This document shows, piece by piece, positions 28,577-37,469 of a stretch of DNA of 64,000 bases (its first letter is position 1; each line of letters starts with the position of its first letter). The position numbers and the translations under genes are program-made. The stretch is from Lachnospiraceae bacterium (GTDB lineage Bacteria; Bacillota; Clostridia; Lachnospirales; Anaerotignaceae): NCBI GenBank assembly GCA_034925905.1, contig JAYFRL010000020.1, positions 9,880-73,879 of the forward strand, written 5' to 3'. Below the pieces are notes generated by a model. That model was not told where the DNA came from, did no database searches, and saw nothing but the letters and a program-made list of their open reading frames with translations.

Positions 28577-31500
28577 TTAAATAGAGTTTAAAAAAGATTT
28601 AATATCCTGGAAAACGGTTTTTGTTTCTGTATCTTTTAGTTTTATCGTAAAATAAGGATTTTCTGAAGCTGTAAACATATATTTTCCTTTGTTTCCCAAT
28701 ATCAGATTTGTTATGGTTTCCGGTGGAATGTTTGCGTCAGGCCTAAAATAAACAACTATATTTTTTTGCTTTTGTGCTATGTTTGTTATTTTATAGGTAT
28801 GAGCCAAAGCCCTAACAAGCGCTATTTCAAGCAAAACCGAAACGGCCTTTGGCGGGTCTCCAAAGCGGTCTATTATCTCGTCACATACGTCTTCATAATT
28901 CGTTTTGTTTCTTATGGAGGCTATTTTTCTGTATATATCAAGTTTTTGCTCTTCGCTTTTTATATAAAACGAAGGTATATAAGCGTTTATGTTTATATCT
29001 ATTGACGTATCAAATTCCTCTTCCTTTATATCTCCGGTTATATCCGAAACGGCCTCATTTAAAAGGCGACAATACATATCATAGCCAACAGATTCCATAT
29101 GCCCATGCTGCTCCGCTCCCAAAAGGTTACCCGCACCCCTTATTTCAAGATCGCGCATTGCTATCTTGAAACCCGAACCAAACTCCGTAAATTCCCTTAT
29201 TGTCTGAAGCCTCTTTTCCGCAACTTCGCGAACAGCTTTATCTTTCCTGTACATAAGATAGGCATAAGCCATTTTGTTTGACCTGCCTACCCTCCCTCTA
29301 AGCTGGTAAAGCTGTGCAAGCCCCATTTTATCCGCATCCTGTATTATTATTGTATTCACGTTCGATATGTCCAGTCCTGTTTCTATTATTGTCGTGCATA
29401 CGAGAACGTCTATAAGCCCATCTATAAAATCCTTCATAATGGCTTCAAGCTCGTGTTCCGACATTCTTCCGTGAGCATAAGCTATGCTGGCTTTTGGTAC
29501 AAGCTTTGACAGCCTTGCTGTAACTTCCGATATGTTTGAGATCTTATTATGAAGATAATAAACCTGCCCGCCTCTTGCAAGCTCCCTGTTTATCGCCTCT
29601 TTAACAAACTCAGGGTCGTTTTCCATAACAAAAGTCTGTATAGGGAAACGCTCAAGCGGGGGCTCCTCAAGTATGCTCATGTCCCTTATACCGGTTAAGC
29701 TCATATGCAGCGTCCTTGGGATTGGCGTTGCCGTAAGCGTTAATACGTTCACGTTTTCCTTAAGGTTTTTAAGCTTTTCTTTGTGTGAAACACCAAAACG
29801 CTGCTCTTCGTCCACAATTATAAGACCTAAATCCTTAAATTTAACATCCTTGGACAAAAGCCTGTGCGTCCCTATAACTATATCAACCAAACCTTTTGAT
29901 AACTCTTCAACCGTCCTTTTTTGCTCCGTCTGCGTTTTAAACCTGGAGAGCATATCAACACTTACAGGGTAATTCCTAAGTCTTGTCATAAAGGTATTAT
30001 AATGCTGCTGCGCAAGTATGGTTGTGGGAACCAAATAACAAACCTGTTTCCCGTCGGTAACGGTTTTAAAGGCGGCACGTATTGCCACTTCCGTTTTCCC
30101 ATAGCCTACATCTCCGCATATAAGCCTATCCATTATTTTCCCGGACTCCATGTCGTGTTTAACGTCTTCTATTGCAAATGTTTGGTCTTCGGTTTCCTCG
30201 TAAGGGAAGGTTTCCTCAAATTCTTTCTGCCAGAGAGTGTCCTTTGAATATGCAAAACCCCTTGCGTTTTGCCTTTTGGCGTATAGGCGCACCAAATCCT
30301 CCGCTAAAACGGATACGGCTTCTTTTACTCTGCTTTTCGTCCTTGCCCAGTCCTGACCGCCAAGCTTATTTAAACGCGGTTTTGCCGAATCAGAACCTAT
30401 ATATTTTTGTATGGAGTTCATTTGACCTGTTGGCACAAAAAGATTTCCGCCGTCGGCATATTTTATTTTTATATAATCTTTGTTTATGCCGTCTACGGTT
30501 ATTTTCTCTATACCGTCAAAAATTCCTATTCCGTGGCTGTCATGAACAATATAGTCTCCAACGTGCAAATCCAGATAGCTTTCAATATGCCTGCACTTTT
30601 TATTTCTATATCTTTGCTTTTTTATAACTCCTCCGCCTAGAAGCTCCTTGTCCGAAAAAACCGAAAAACCTATCTCTGAATATGAAAAGCCTCTTGAAAG
30701 AGTGCCCTTTGAAACAACAACCATTCCAGGCTTTATGGCAAAGTTTTTTATATCGTCTACATATACGGCTTCTATCCCGCGTTCGGAAAATTCTCCCGCG
30801 AGTCTTTCGCCCCTTGTTCTTGAACCGGAAAGTATGAGCGTGCGGCCTTTAGCTTTCTTTATATCCGAAATTTCATCGCAAAACATATCTATCTGCCTGT
30901 TGAACGAAGCCATCGACCTCACGGGAATATCAAAAGTTTCCTTTATTTTAAAGTCCTTTATATTGCGTGAAACAGTCGTTAAAAGAATGTTTTCAAATTT
31001 TTCCGCCATTTTAAGTATCTGAAAATAGCTGTAAATTACATTTGCCTGGGACGGAAGCATATAACCTCTTGTTATTCTGTTTTTTATACTCTCGCCAAAT
31101 TCCGAAAGCACAATTTCACTTTCTTCTTTTATATGATTAGGCTCATCAAAAAATATGAGCGTATCCTTTGGCATATAATCAAAAAGGCTGACGGCATCAC
31201 CGAAATATTCTATAAACCTTGCCGGTGCAGAAATTATCTCACCTTTTTTCAGTTCCTCTATGCTTTCTCCTATATGCTCTTTAAGGTTGTCCCTTTCTTC
31301 AAAAAGAGAATTTTCCTCAAAATGTTTGTATGCCTTTATATAATCCTTTTCTATCTTTTGTGCAGACAATATGGCCTCTTCCCTAGTATAAATAAGCTCT
31401 TTTGCAGGAAATATCTCTGCAAAATCAACTTTCTCCACAGATCTTTGGCTAGCTATATCCATAATCCTTATGGAATCTATTTCATTGTCCCAAAATTCTA

Positions 31501-32080
31501 TCCTTAAAGGATATTCTGAAACAGGCGAAAAAACATCTATTATTCCGCCCCTTTGGGAAAACTGCCCTGTACCTTCAATGCTCTCCCTTCTCTCATAACA
31601 CATAAGCGAAAGCTTTGCAATAAAAGCGTCCATTTCAATTGTATCGCCCACCTTAAGCGTAAGTATACTTTTCTCAAACGCGGATTTATGCATTAATTTG
31701 TCAAATATGGATGAAATTGGAATTACAATGACAGGGGTTTCCCCTTTTATAAGAGAATATATAACTTTAAACCGTTTTTTAAGTATATCCTGGCTATGGA
31801 CATCGGCACTATAAAAAATAATATCCTTTGGAGGATAATAAAGCACATCGCTGCAAAAATAGCTTATATCATCAAATATTTCTTTTGCCCTTAATTCATT
31901 GTATGTTATTATAACAACAGGTCTTTTCGTGTCTTCACCCAAACAATAGGCTATATGAGCCTTTGAAGCGTCCGTCAGGGAAGTTAAAAGAAGAGGCGAA
32001 GCTTGCTTGGATAAAATATTTAAAAGTCTTTTATATTCTCCAAGCTCTGAAAGAAAATTCAGTGCATCCAAAAACATCAC
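28577..32080 (-). CDS. mfd: Transcription-repair coupling factor
   Basis: 1167 aa. Contains a CarD-like domain (GDYIVHDSHGIG), SF2 helicase motifs (GDVGYGKTEVA, DEEQRFG) and a TRG region. Confidence 0.97.
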   Translation of the reverse strand: MMFLDALNFLSELGEYKRLLNILSKQASPLLLTSLTDASKAHIAYCLGEDTKRPVVIITYNELRAKEIFDDISYFCSDVLYYPPKDIIFYSADVHSQDILKKRFKVIYSLIKGETPVIVIPISSIFDKLMHKSAFEKSILTLKVGDTIEMDAFIAKLSLMCYERRESIEGTGQFSQRGGIIDVFSPVSEYPLRIEFWDNEIDSIRIMDIASQRSVEKVDFAEIFPAKELIYTREEAILSAQKIEKDYIKAYKHFEENSLFEERDNLKEHIGESIEELKKGEIISAPARFIEYFGDAVSLFDYMPKDTLIFFDEPNHIKEESEIVLSEFGESIKNRITRGYMLPSQANVIYSYFQILKMAEKFENILLTTVSRNIKDFKIKETFDIPVRSMASFNRQIDMFCDEISDIKKAKGRTLILSGSRTRGERLAGEFSERGIEAVYVDDIKNFAIKPGMVVVSKGTLSRGFSYSEIGFSVFSDKELLGGGVIKKQRYRNKKCRHIESYLDLHVGDYIVHDSHGIGIFDGIEKITVDGINKDYIKIKYADGGNLFVPTGQMNSIQKYIGSDSAKPRLNKLGGQDWARTKSRVKEAVSVLAEDLVRLYAKRQNARGFAYSKDTLWQKEFEETFPYEETEDQTFAIEDVKHDMESGKIMDRLICGDVGYGKTEVAIRAAFKTVTDGKQVCYLVPTTILAQQHYNTFMTRLRNYPVSVDMLSRFKTQTEQKRTVEELSKGLVDIVIGTHRLLSKDVKFKDLGLIIVDEEQRFGVSHKEKLKNLKENVNVLTLTATPIPRTLHMSLTGIRDMSILEEPPLERFPIQTFVMENDPEFVKEAINRELARGGQVYYLHNKISNISEVTARLSKLVPKASIAYAHGRMSEHELEAIMKDFIDGLIDVLVCTTIIETGLDISNVNTIIIQDADKMGLAQLYQLRGRVGRSNKMAYAYLMYRKDKAVREVAEKRLQTIREFTEFGSGFKIAMRDLEIRGAGNLLGAEQHGHMESVGYDMYCRLLNEAVSDITGDIKEEEFDTSIDININAYIPSFYIKSEEQKLDIYRKIASIRNKTNYEDVCDEIIDRFGDPPKAVSVLLEIALVRALAHTYKITNIAQKQKNIVVYFRPDANIPPETITNLILGNKGKYMFTASENPYFTIKLKDTETKTVFQDIKSFLNSI

Positions 32081-32646
32081 CTCTCAATTTGATTTGTTTT
32101 GTTCATTGCGGAATCAACGCCCTCTGTTATTATAAGGCTAACGGCAAAAGCAGCCTTATCTATTCCCAAAAGGATAAGAGGTTCTTCATCCTTCGAAAAT
32201 TTTGAAAGCACATAATCCGCCAAATCCCAGCCGGACGGCTTTTCGCCAACTCCGACCTTGACCCTTGTAAAAACATCTTTACCCAAATGGTTTATAACGC
32301 TTTTAACGCCGTTATGCCCGCCTGCGCTTCCTTCCCTTCTTATGCGTACCGCGCCCAAAGGAAGGCTTGCATCGTCATACACAAGTATAAATTTTTCAGA
32401 CTCTGTTTTGTAAAAATCAAGATAACTTATTATGCTTTCACCGCTTAAATTCATAAATGTCTGCGGTTTTACAAGCATAACCTTGCTTCCTTTAATATTG
32501 CCTTCACCCATAAACGCCCTGAATTTAAACTTGCCTGTATTTATATTATAGTCCTCGGCAAGCTTATCTATTACCCTAAATCCCGTATTGTGTTTTGTTT
32601 TTTCATATTCCTTGCCCGGATTTCCTAGGCCGACTATAATATACAT
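32077..32646 (-). CDS. pth: Peptidyl-tRNA hydrolase
   Basis: MYIIVGLGNPG...HNTGF...GGHNG. Start placed at the ATG after the GGAGG RBS. The stop overlaps the mfd start. Confidence 0.95.
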   Translation of the reverse strand: MYIIVGLGNPGKEYEKTKHNTGFRVIDKLAEDYNINTGKFKFRAFMGEGNIKGSKVMLVKPQTFMNLSGESIISYLDFYKTESEKFILVYDDASLPLGAVRIRREGSAGGHNGVKSVINHLGKDVFTRVKVGVGEKPSGWDLADYVLSKFSKDEEPLILLGIDKAAFAVSLIITEGVDSAMNKTNQIER

Positions 32647-32706
32647 ATAATAACCTCCAAAATACAAACAGCTTTAACCGCCTCTTTAAAAAGAGGCGGT
32701 TTACTA

Positions 32707-32955
32707 TCATAAAAATTTCTTTATGTCTTCATATTCATATTCTTCGGTTACAAAAACAATAGCATCCGAAGAATATGCGCTTATATCCGCACACTGAGCC
32801 TTGCAGCCGCAAAGAACAACCAACAAATCATAAGCTTTCCCGGCTTTAACAGCCTCAATCTCATGGTTTGGATATTCTGACTTAAGCCTATCGTAAAGGC
32901 TTTTCCGGTCATAGGTTGAATTGCAGCCACCGCAATATTTAATTCCGATTTTCAT
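32707..32955 (-). CDS. Hypothetical small Cys-rich protein
   Basis: About 82 aa, MKIGIKYCGGCNSTYDR...VVLCGCKAQC. No family recognised. It begins roughly 20 nt after the Lon-like stop, and its RBS is weak. Confidence 0.5.
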   Translation of the reverse strand: MKIGIKYCGGCNSTYDRKSLYDRLKSEYPNHEIEAVKAGKAYDLLVVLCGCKAQCADISAYSSDAIVFVTEEYEYEDIKKFL

Positions 32956-32977
32956 ATTCACACCAAAATCAGCTGTT

Positions 32978-35419
32978 TTATCGGCTTTGAGCTTTTTTTA
33001 CCGGTTTTTTTGATTGCCTTCTTCTTTCATTAAGCGCCTTCTTATTATATTCCTCAAGCTTTTTAAGAACAAGCCCATGCACGCTTTTAACCGGATATTT
33101 CCTGGTTTTGCCTCTTTCACCCGCAGGAACGCCCATTAAAAGCTCTATGCCCTCGTTTATGCTGTTTATAGCATATATATGAAACATTCCGCTTTTAACA
33201 GCCTCTACAACTTCGTCCTTAAGCACAAGGTTGTTTACATTTGAATTTGGTATTATAACTCCCTGCGTGCCTGTTAAGCCCTTTTTTTTGCATATATCGA
33301 AGAAGCCTTCTATCTTGAATATAACTCCGCCTATTGGCTGTATATCTCCCCATTGGTTAACAGAGCCCGTAACCGCTAAATCCTGCCTTATAGGCAGACC
33401 TGAAAGGCTTGAAAGTATGCAATAAAGCTCTGTGCTGGAAGCACTGTCTCCGTCTATTCCGCTGTAATTCTGCTCGAAGCATATTCTTGCCGAAAGCGAA
33501 AGAGGAAAATCCTGCGCATAGGTTTGGCCAAGATATCCGTTTATTACCTGAACACCCTTATTATGGGTGGGTCCACTCATGTTGGCCTCTTTTTCTATAT
33601 TTATAATGCCAGCCCTGCCCATATACGCCGTTGCGGTTATTCTTGAAGGCATACCGAACGAGAAATTGCCAGTGTCATAAACGGCAAGACCGTTTATCTG
33701 ACCCATTCTTTTGCCCTCGGTGTCTATCATTATTATATCCTCATCTATCGATTCAAGAAGCTTATCTTTATATATGCTGGCGCGCTCTTCCCTTTTTTGG
33801 ATGGCTTTTTTAACATGGTTTGCGTTTATAGTTTCCGCCTCATCAAGGCGCGCCCAGGTTGCGGCTTCGGATAAAATTTCCGTTAAATGGTTAAACCTTG
33901 TTGAAAGCCTATCCTGCCTCTCGGCAAGCCTTGAAGAATATTCACAGACCGCCATAACGGCACTTGCCTCAAAAGCGGGTGTGTTTTCGTTTGCAGAAAA
34001 AAGCTTTATAAAGCTTGAAAGCTTAAGCATATTTTCACTTGAAGCCAGCATTTCATAATCGAAATCCGCTCTTATCTTAAAAAGCTTTTCAAAATCTTCA
34101 TCATAATATTCCAGTAAATCATAATAATACCTGCTGCCTATCATTATTATTTTTACATCCGCCGGTATAGGTTCAGGTTTAATGGTTGGTGCAGCCGCAA
34201 TCGCAAACTGTTCTTTAAGACCTTCTATAGCTATTTCCTTAGTGCGTATAACCCTGCGAAGGGCCTCCCACGCCTGGATGTTTGAAAGTATATCATGAGC
34301 CTGAACTATAAGATAGCCACCGTTTGCCTTATGAAAAAGCCCCGGCTTTATTTTCATAAAATCGGTTGTAAGATTTCCAAACTCGCTGTCATACTCAACC
34401 TCTCCCACAAGATTATAATATGTGGGGTTAAAATCTACAACAACAGGAGCTCCCTTTGTTTCCGAGTTATCAACAATAAGGTTTACTTTATATCTAAGGG
34501 TTATGTCCTCCGCATTCCTTTTGGAAAGCATAGGAATTATACTGGAAAGAGATTCTTCTTCGTCTGAATCCGGCTCGACAAACTCGCTTATATTTTCAAG
34601 CACGTCTTCCTGAAGGGCCTCTATATATTTTATAACCCTTTCGTTTGATTTGTATTTTTCCTGGATAGAGTTTACATAATAACCTATCGCAAACATTCCT
34701 ATTTTATAATCAAGCGCTTCCGTCGATTTTTTAGACTCTTTTTCATGCTCCTTCACGTCACGCATTATAGAAGCGGCCTTCTCCTGAACAACGTCGGAGG
34801 CGGCGTTTATTTTTGCTTTTACGTCTTCTGAAAGCTTATCATACGACTCTTCGTTTATTATTTCACCGTTTATTACAGGCATGAAATACATCCCCGAATT
34901 GGTTGATTTAACTCCGAATCCATATTCCTTAGCTATCTCAGACATTTCTTTCATAAGCTTATCTTTTTTGTTGTCTAGCAAATTTAATATTTCATTCTTT
35001 TGCTTTTCATAATCATCGGAATTAAAGGCTTTTTGTATCTCCGTATAAAAAACCTCTACAAGCTCTGCCATATCGTCTTTAAACTGTTTCCCGCATCCCG
35101 GTTCAAAGCGGAGCGCCATAGGGCTTCTTGGATCCGAAAAATTATAAACATAGCACCAATCTGAAGGCACATTTTCATTTTTCGCCGCCGCTTTAGCACT
35201 TTTTTTTGCATAGGTTGTTTTCCCCGTTCCCGGAGGGCCCGACATATATATATTATAGCCCTTCATTTTCACTTGAAGTCCAAAATCGAAAGCCCCTATA
35301 GCTCTGTCCTGACCCATTATTCCGTCTAAAGGCTCAATCTCGTCCGTCGTTTTAAAATCAAAAACTTCAGGGCTTGAGATGTTCTTAAGTTCCGTATATT
35401 TAAGTTCTCTGAATTTCAT
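32978..35419 (-). CDS. Lon-family AAA+ protease, non-LonA type, with a long helical insertion
   Basis: Walker A GPPGTGKT and a roughly 250-aa charged helical insert. The C-terminal S16 domain has Ser (GDSASS) and Lys (FKIEGF). Start moved to MKFRELK, which follows an AAGGAGAG RBS; the track ORF starts at TTG 35473. Confidence 0.85.
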   Translation of the reverse strand: MKFRELKYTELKNISSPEVFDFKTTDEIEPLDGIMGQDRAIGAFDFGLQVKMKGYNIYMSGPPGTGKTTYAKKSAKAAAKNENVPSDWCYVYNFSDPRSPMALRFEPGCGKQFKDDMAELVEVFYTEIQKAFNSDDYEKQKNEILNLLDNKKDKLMKEMSEIAKEYGFGVKSTNSGMYFMPVINGEIINEESYDKLSEDVKAKINAASDVVQEKAASIMRDVKEHEKESKKSTEALDYKIGMFAIGYYVNSIQEKYKSNERVIKYIEALQEDVLENISEFVEPDSDEEESLSSIIPMLSKRNAEDITLRYKVNLIVDNSETKGAPVVVDFNPTYYNLVGEVEYDSEFGNLTTDFMKIKPGLFHKANGGYLIVQAHDILSNIQAWEALRRVIRTKEIAIEGLKEQFAIAAAPTIKPEPIPADVKIIMIGSRYYYDLLEYYDEDFEKLFKIRADFDYEMLASSENMLKLSSFIKLFSANENTPAFEASAVMAVCEYSSRLAERQDRLSTRFNHLTEILSEAATWARLDEAETINANHVKKAIQKREERASIYKDKLLESIDEDIIMIDTEGKRMGQINGLAVYDTGNFSFGMPSRITATAYMGRAGIINIEKEANMSGPTHNKGVQVINGYLGQTYAQDFPLSLSARICFEQNYSGIDGDSASSTELYCILSSLSGLPIRQDLAVTGSVNQWGDIQPIGGVIFKIEGFFDICKKKGLTGTQGVIIPNSNVNNLVLKDEVVEAVKSGMFHIYAINSINEGIELLMGVPAGERGKTRKYPVKSVHGLVLKKLEEYNKKALNERRRQSKKPVKKAQSR

Positions 35420-35444
35420 TAGCTCTCTCCTTCCCATATATTGT

Positions 35445-35909
35445 TTAAGGCTCATAATTTTCATAGAATTCAAAATATTTCCACATTATAACAGCATCTT
35501 CTCCTGTGTCTGAATAATATCTTTTTCTTATCCCTTCAGGCTTAAACCCCAGTTTTGTATAAAGTCTTTGAGCCTTTTCGTTTGTGATTCTTACTTCAAG
35601 TGTAATCCCTACCATTTCACGTTTGTAAGCTTCGTCTATAAGGGCTTTGGTAAGGGCCTCGCCTATACCGCGCCCTCTGAATTCAAAATCAACGGCAACA
35701 TTTGTTATATGCCCCTCGGTTACAACATGCCACATTCCGGCATATCCGATAACCCTGCCTTCGAAAACAGCTACAAAATATATAGCCATTGAATTTTCAT
35801 AAATTTCCCTTTCAAAATCTTTCTTAGTCCATGGAATAGCAAATATATCTTCTTCAAGCTTAGATACTTCTTCTATATGGGAGCCGTTCATTCGTAATAT
35901 ATCAAACAT
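35445..35909 (-). CDS. rimI: Ribosomal-protein-alanine N-acetyltransferase
   Basis: GNAT fold (RGRGIGEAL) and its position after tsaB. Confidence 0.85.
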   Translation of the reverse strand: MFDILRMNGSHIEEVSKLEEDIFAIPWTKKDFEREIYENSMAIYFVAVFEGRVIGYAGMWHVVTEGHITNVAVDFEFRGRGIGEALTKALIDEAYKREMVGITLEVRITNEKAQRLYTKLGFKPEGIRKRYYSDTGEDAVIMWKYFEFYENYEP

Positions 35910-36615
35910 TTAATCCTCTCCCGGCCTTCTTTTCTTCAAGTTCTCTTTCAGCCTGAGGTTTCCTTATATAAAACGGTTTAAAATCGTCGCCTTTAACAAA
36001 AACTCCGTCTTTAGCAAGCTTTTCTCCCAAGGCAGCAACCAAAGCCGCCCTTTGAAACGCCCCATAATATGGGGCAACAAAAAAACCTTTGCGGCTTAAA
36101 ATTTTATCCCTGTAAACGGTTATCCCGTCTCCTAAAAATATGGCTTCTCCGCCAAAAGAAGCAACCTTTTGCATAACATAGTCTATATCTTCCGCAAAAT
36201 AATCAGTCAACCTTAAAAGCTCATTGTTTTCCCATTTATATACGGCTGCGTACACCTGGTGTCTTCTTGCATCCATTATAGGGCACACTGTTTTATCCGT
36301 GTCATATATATTATATGCCATGGAATCAAGGGTTGGAACGGGTATTATGGGCTTGTTAAGAGCAAGGGCAAGCCCCTTTGCCGTGGCTGCGCCTATTCTT
36401 AGCCCGGTAAATGAACCGGGACCCATCGAGCAGGCAATATAGTCAAGCGTATTTAAAGCAAGGCTTATTTTTTCGCATATTTCCTTTATTGCAGGCATCA
36501 AAGTTTCGGAATGCGTCATTTTATAATTCAATGTGTATTCGGCTAAAATTTTACCATCTTCATATATGGCAGCGCTGGCAACCAGACCTGAAGATTCAAT
36601 GGCAAGTATTTTCAT
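35902..36615 (-). CDS. tsaB: tRNA t6A37 biosynthesis protein TsaB
   Basis: MKILAIESSG...GPGSFTGLRIG. Confidence 0.92.
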   Translation of the reverse strand: MKILAIESSGLVASAAIYEDGKILAEYTLNYKMTHSETLMPAIKEICEKISLALNTLDYIACSMGPGSFTGLRIGAATAKGLALALNKPIIPVPTLDSMAYNIYDTDKTVCPIMDARRHQVYAAVYKWENNELLRLTDYFAEDIDYVMQKVASFGGEAIFLGDGITVYRDKILSRKGFFVAPYYGAFQRAALVAALGEKLAKDGVFVKGDDFKPFYIRKPQAERELEEKKAGRGLNV

Positions 36616-36619
36616 GTTT

Positions 36620-37039
36620 TCACCTTTTTTCTATCTCTATTTCACGGGTATTATCGTTATAAATATCTTTTTTTATGGTTATCCACACAGCTTCCTGCGG
36701 GATAACCGGCTCTATAAGATGAGCCCATTCTATAAGGCAAACCCCGGCGCCGAAAAAATATTCTTCATACCCTGTATCTTCCATTTCTTCGGGAGAACTT
36801 ATTCTATAAACATCAAAATGGTATAGCGGAAGCCTTCCCTTATATTCGTTCACAATGGCAAAAGTTGGGCTTGTAACCTCGTCGGGAATATCAAGGCCTT
36901 TTGCAAAGCCCTTTGCGAAAACCGTCTTCCCCGAACCCAAATCCCCATTTAAGCAATATATATCTCCTGGCTTTGCAGCTCTTCCGATTTCATATGCAAT
37001 TTTCATGGTATCCTCTGGAGAATTGCTTATATAAGCCAT
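36620..37039 (-). CDS. tsaE: tRNA t6A37 biosynthesis ATPase TsaE
   Basis: Walker A GDLGSGKT, then SPTF and YHFDVYR. Start taken at MAYISNS. Confidence 0.9.
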   Translation of the reverse strand: MAYISNSPEDTMKIAYEIGRAAKPGDIYCLNGDLGSGKTVFAKGFAKGLDIPDEVTSPTFAIVNEYKGRLPLYHFDVYRISSPEEMEDTGYEEYFFGAGVCLIEWAHLIEPVIPQEAVWITIKKDIYNDNTREIEIEKR

Positions 37040-37049
37040 TATAACACCT

Positions 37050-37331
37050 CTACAACCTGTCCAAAACCGCGGCAAACAGCCTAAATAACTTTGAGAATGT
37101 AAGCATCGATGATTTTAAGGCATAAATAATATTTTTAGAGCTTTTTGCTGGATTTGAATAAGTTTTTTTCTTTTCCCTTTTTATAGGTTTGATACCTTTA
37201 TTTTTTTCCTTGGGAATTTTCCCCGCAACAAAAGCAAGGTCTTTAAAAACTTTAAAGCCTTTAACCGGTATTTCCCCATATTTAGCAGTTTTTTTGACAA
37301 TGTTTAAAATTTTGGCTTTACTTCCATTCAT
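37050..37331 (-). CDS. Hypothetical lysine-rich small protein
   Basis: 93 aa with about 21 Lys and a hydrophobic/amphipathic C-terminus (LTFSKLFRLFAAVLDRL). It has an AAGGAG RBS 7 nt before the ATG and its own promoter upstream. Confidence 0.55.
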   Translation of the reverse strand: MNGSKAKILNIVKKTAKYGEIPVKGFKVFKDLAFVAGKIPKEKNKGIKPIKREKKKTYSNPAKSSKNIIYALKSSMLTFSKLFRLFAAVLDRL

Positions 37332-37360
37332 AAAAACTCCTTAAACTTTATTAATGTATT

Positions 37361-37390
37361 AGTATAGCATTTATTCCTTGCTTTCGTCAA
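37361..37390 (-). promoter_or_regulatory. Sigma-A promoter of the K-rich ORF-tsaE operon
   Basis: Minus strand reads TTGACG, an 18-nt spacer, then TATACT. Confidence 0.55.
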
Positions 37391-37422
37391 ATATATAAGG
37401 AAAAAATTATGTCCCCATAAAT

Positions 37423-37461
37423 AAAAAAAGCTCTGTATACTTCACGCATACAGGGCTTTTT
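37423..37461. terminator. Intrinsic terminator after the histidine kinase gene
   Basis: AAAAAAGCTCTGTATACTTCACGCATACAGGGCTTTTT. Confidence 0.8.
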
Positions 37462-37469
37462 AAATTTTG

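Noticed and set aside
35420-35473. TTG-initiated 18-aa extension of the Lon-like protease overlapping the rimI 3' end.
   Set aside because: The internal ATG (MKFRELK) has a much better RBS (AAGGAGAG). The extension starts at a non-ATG codon and has no RBS.
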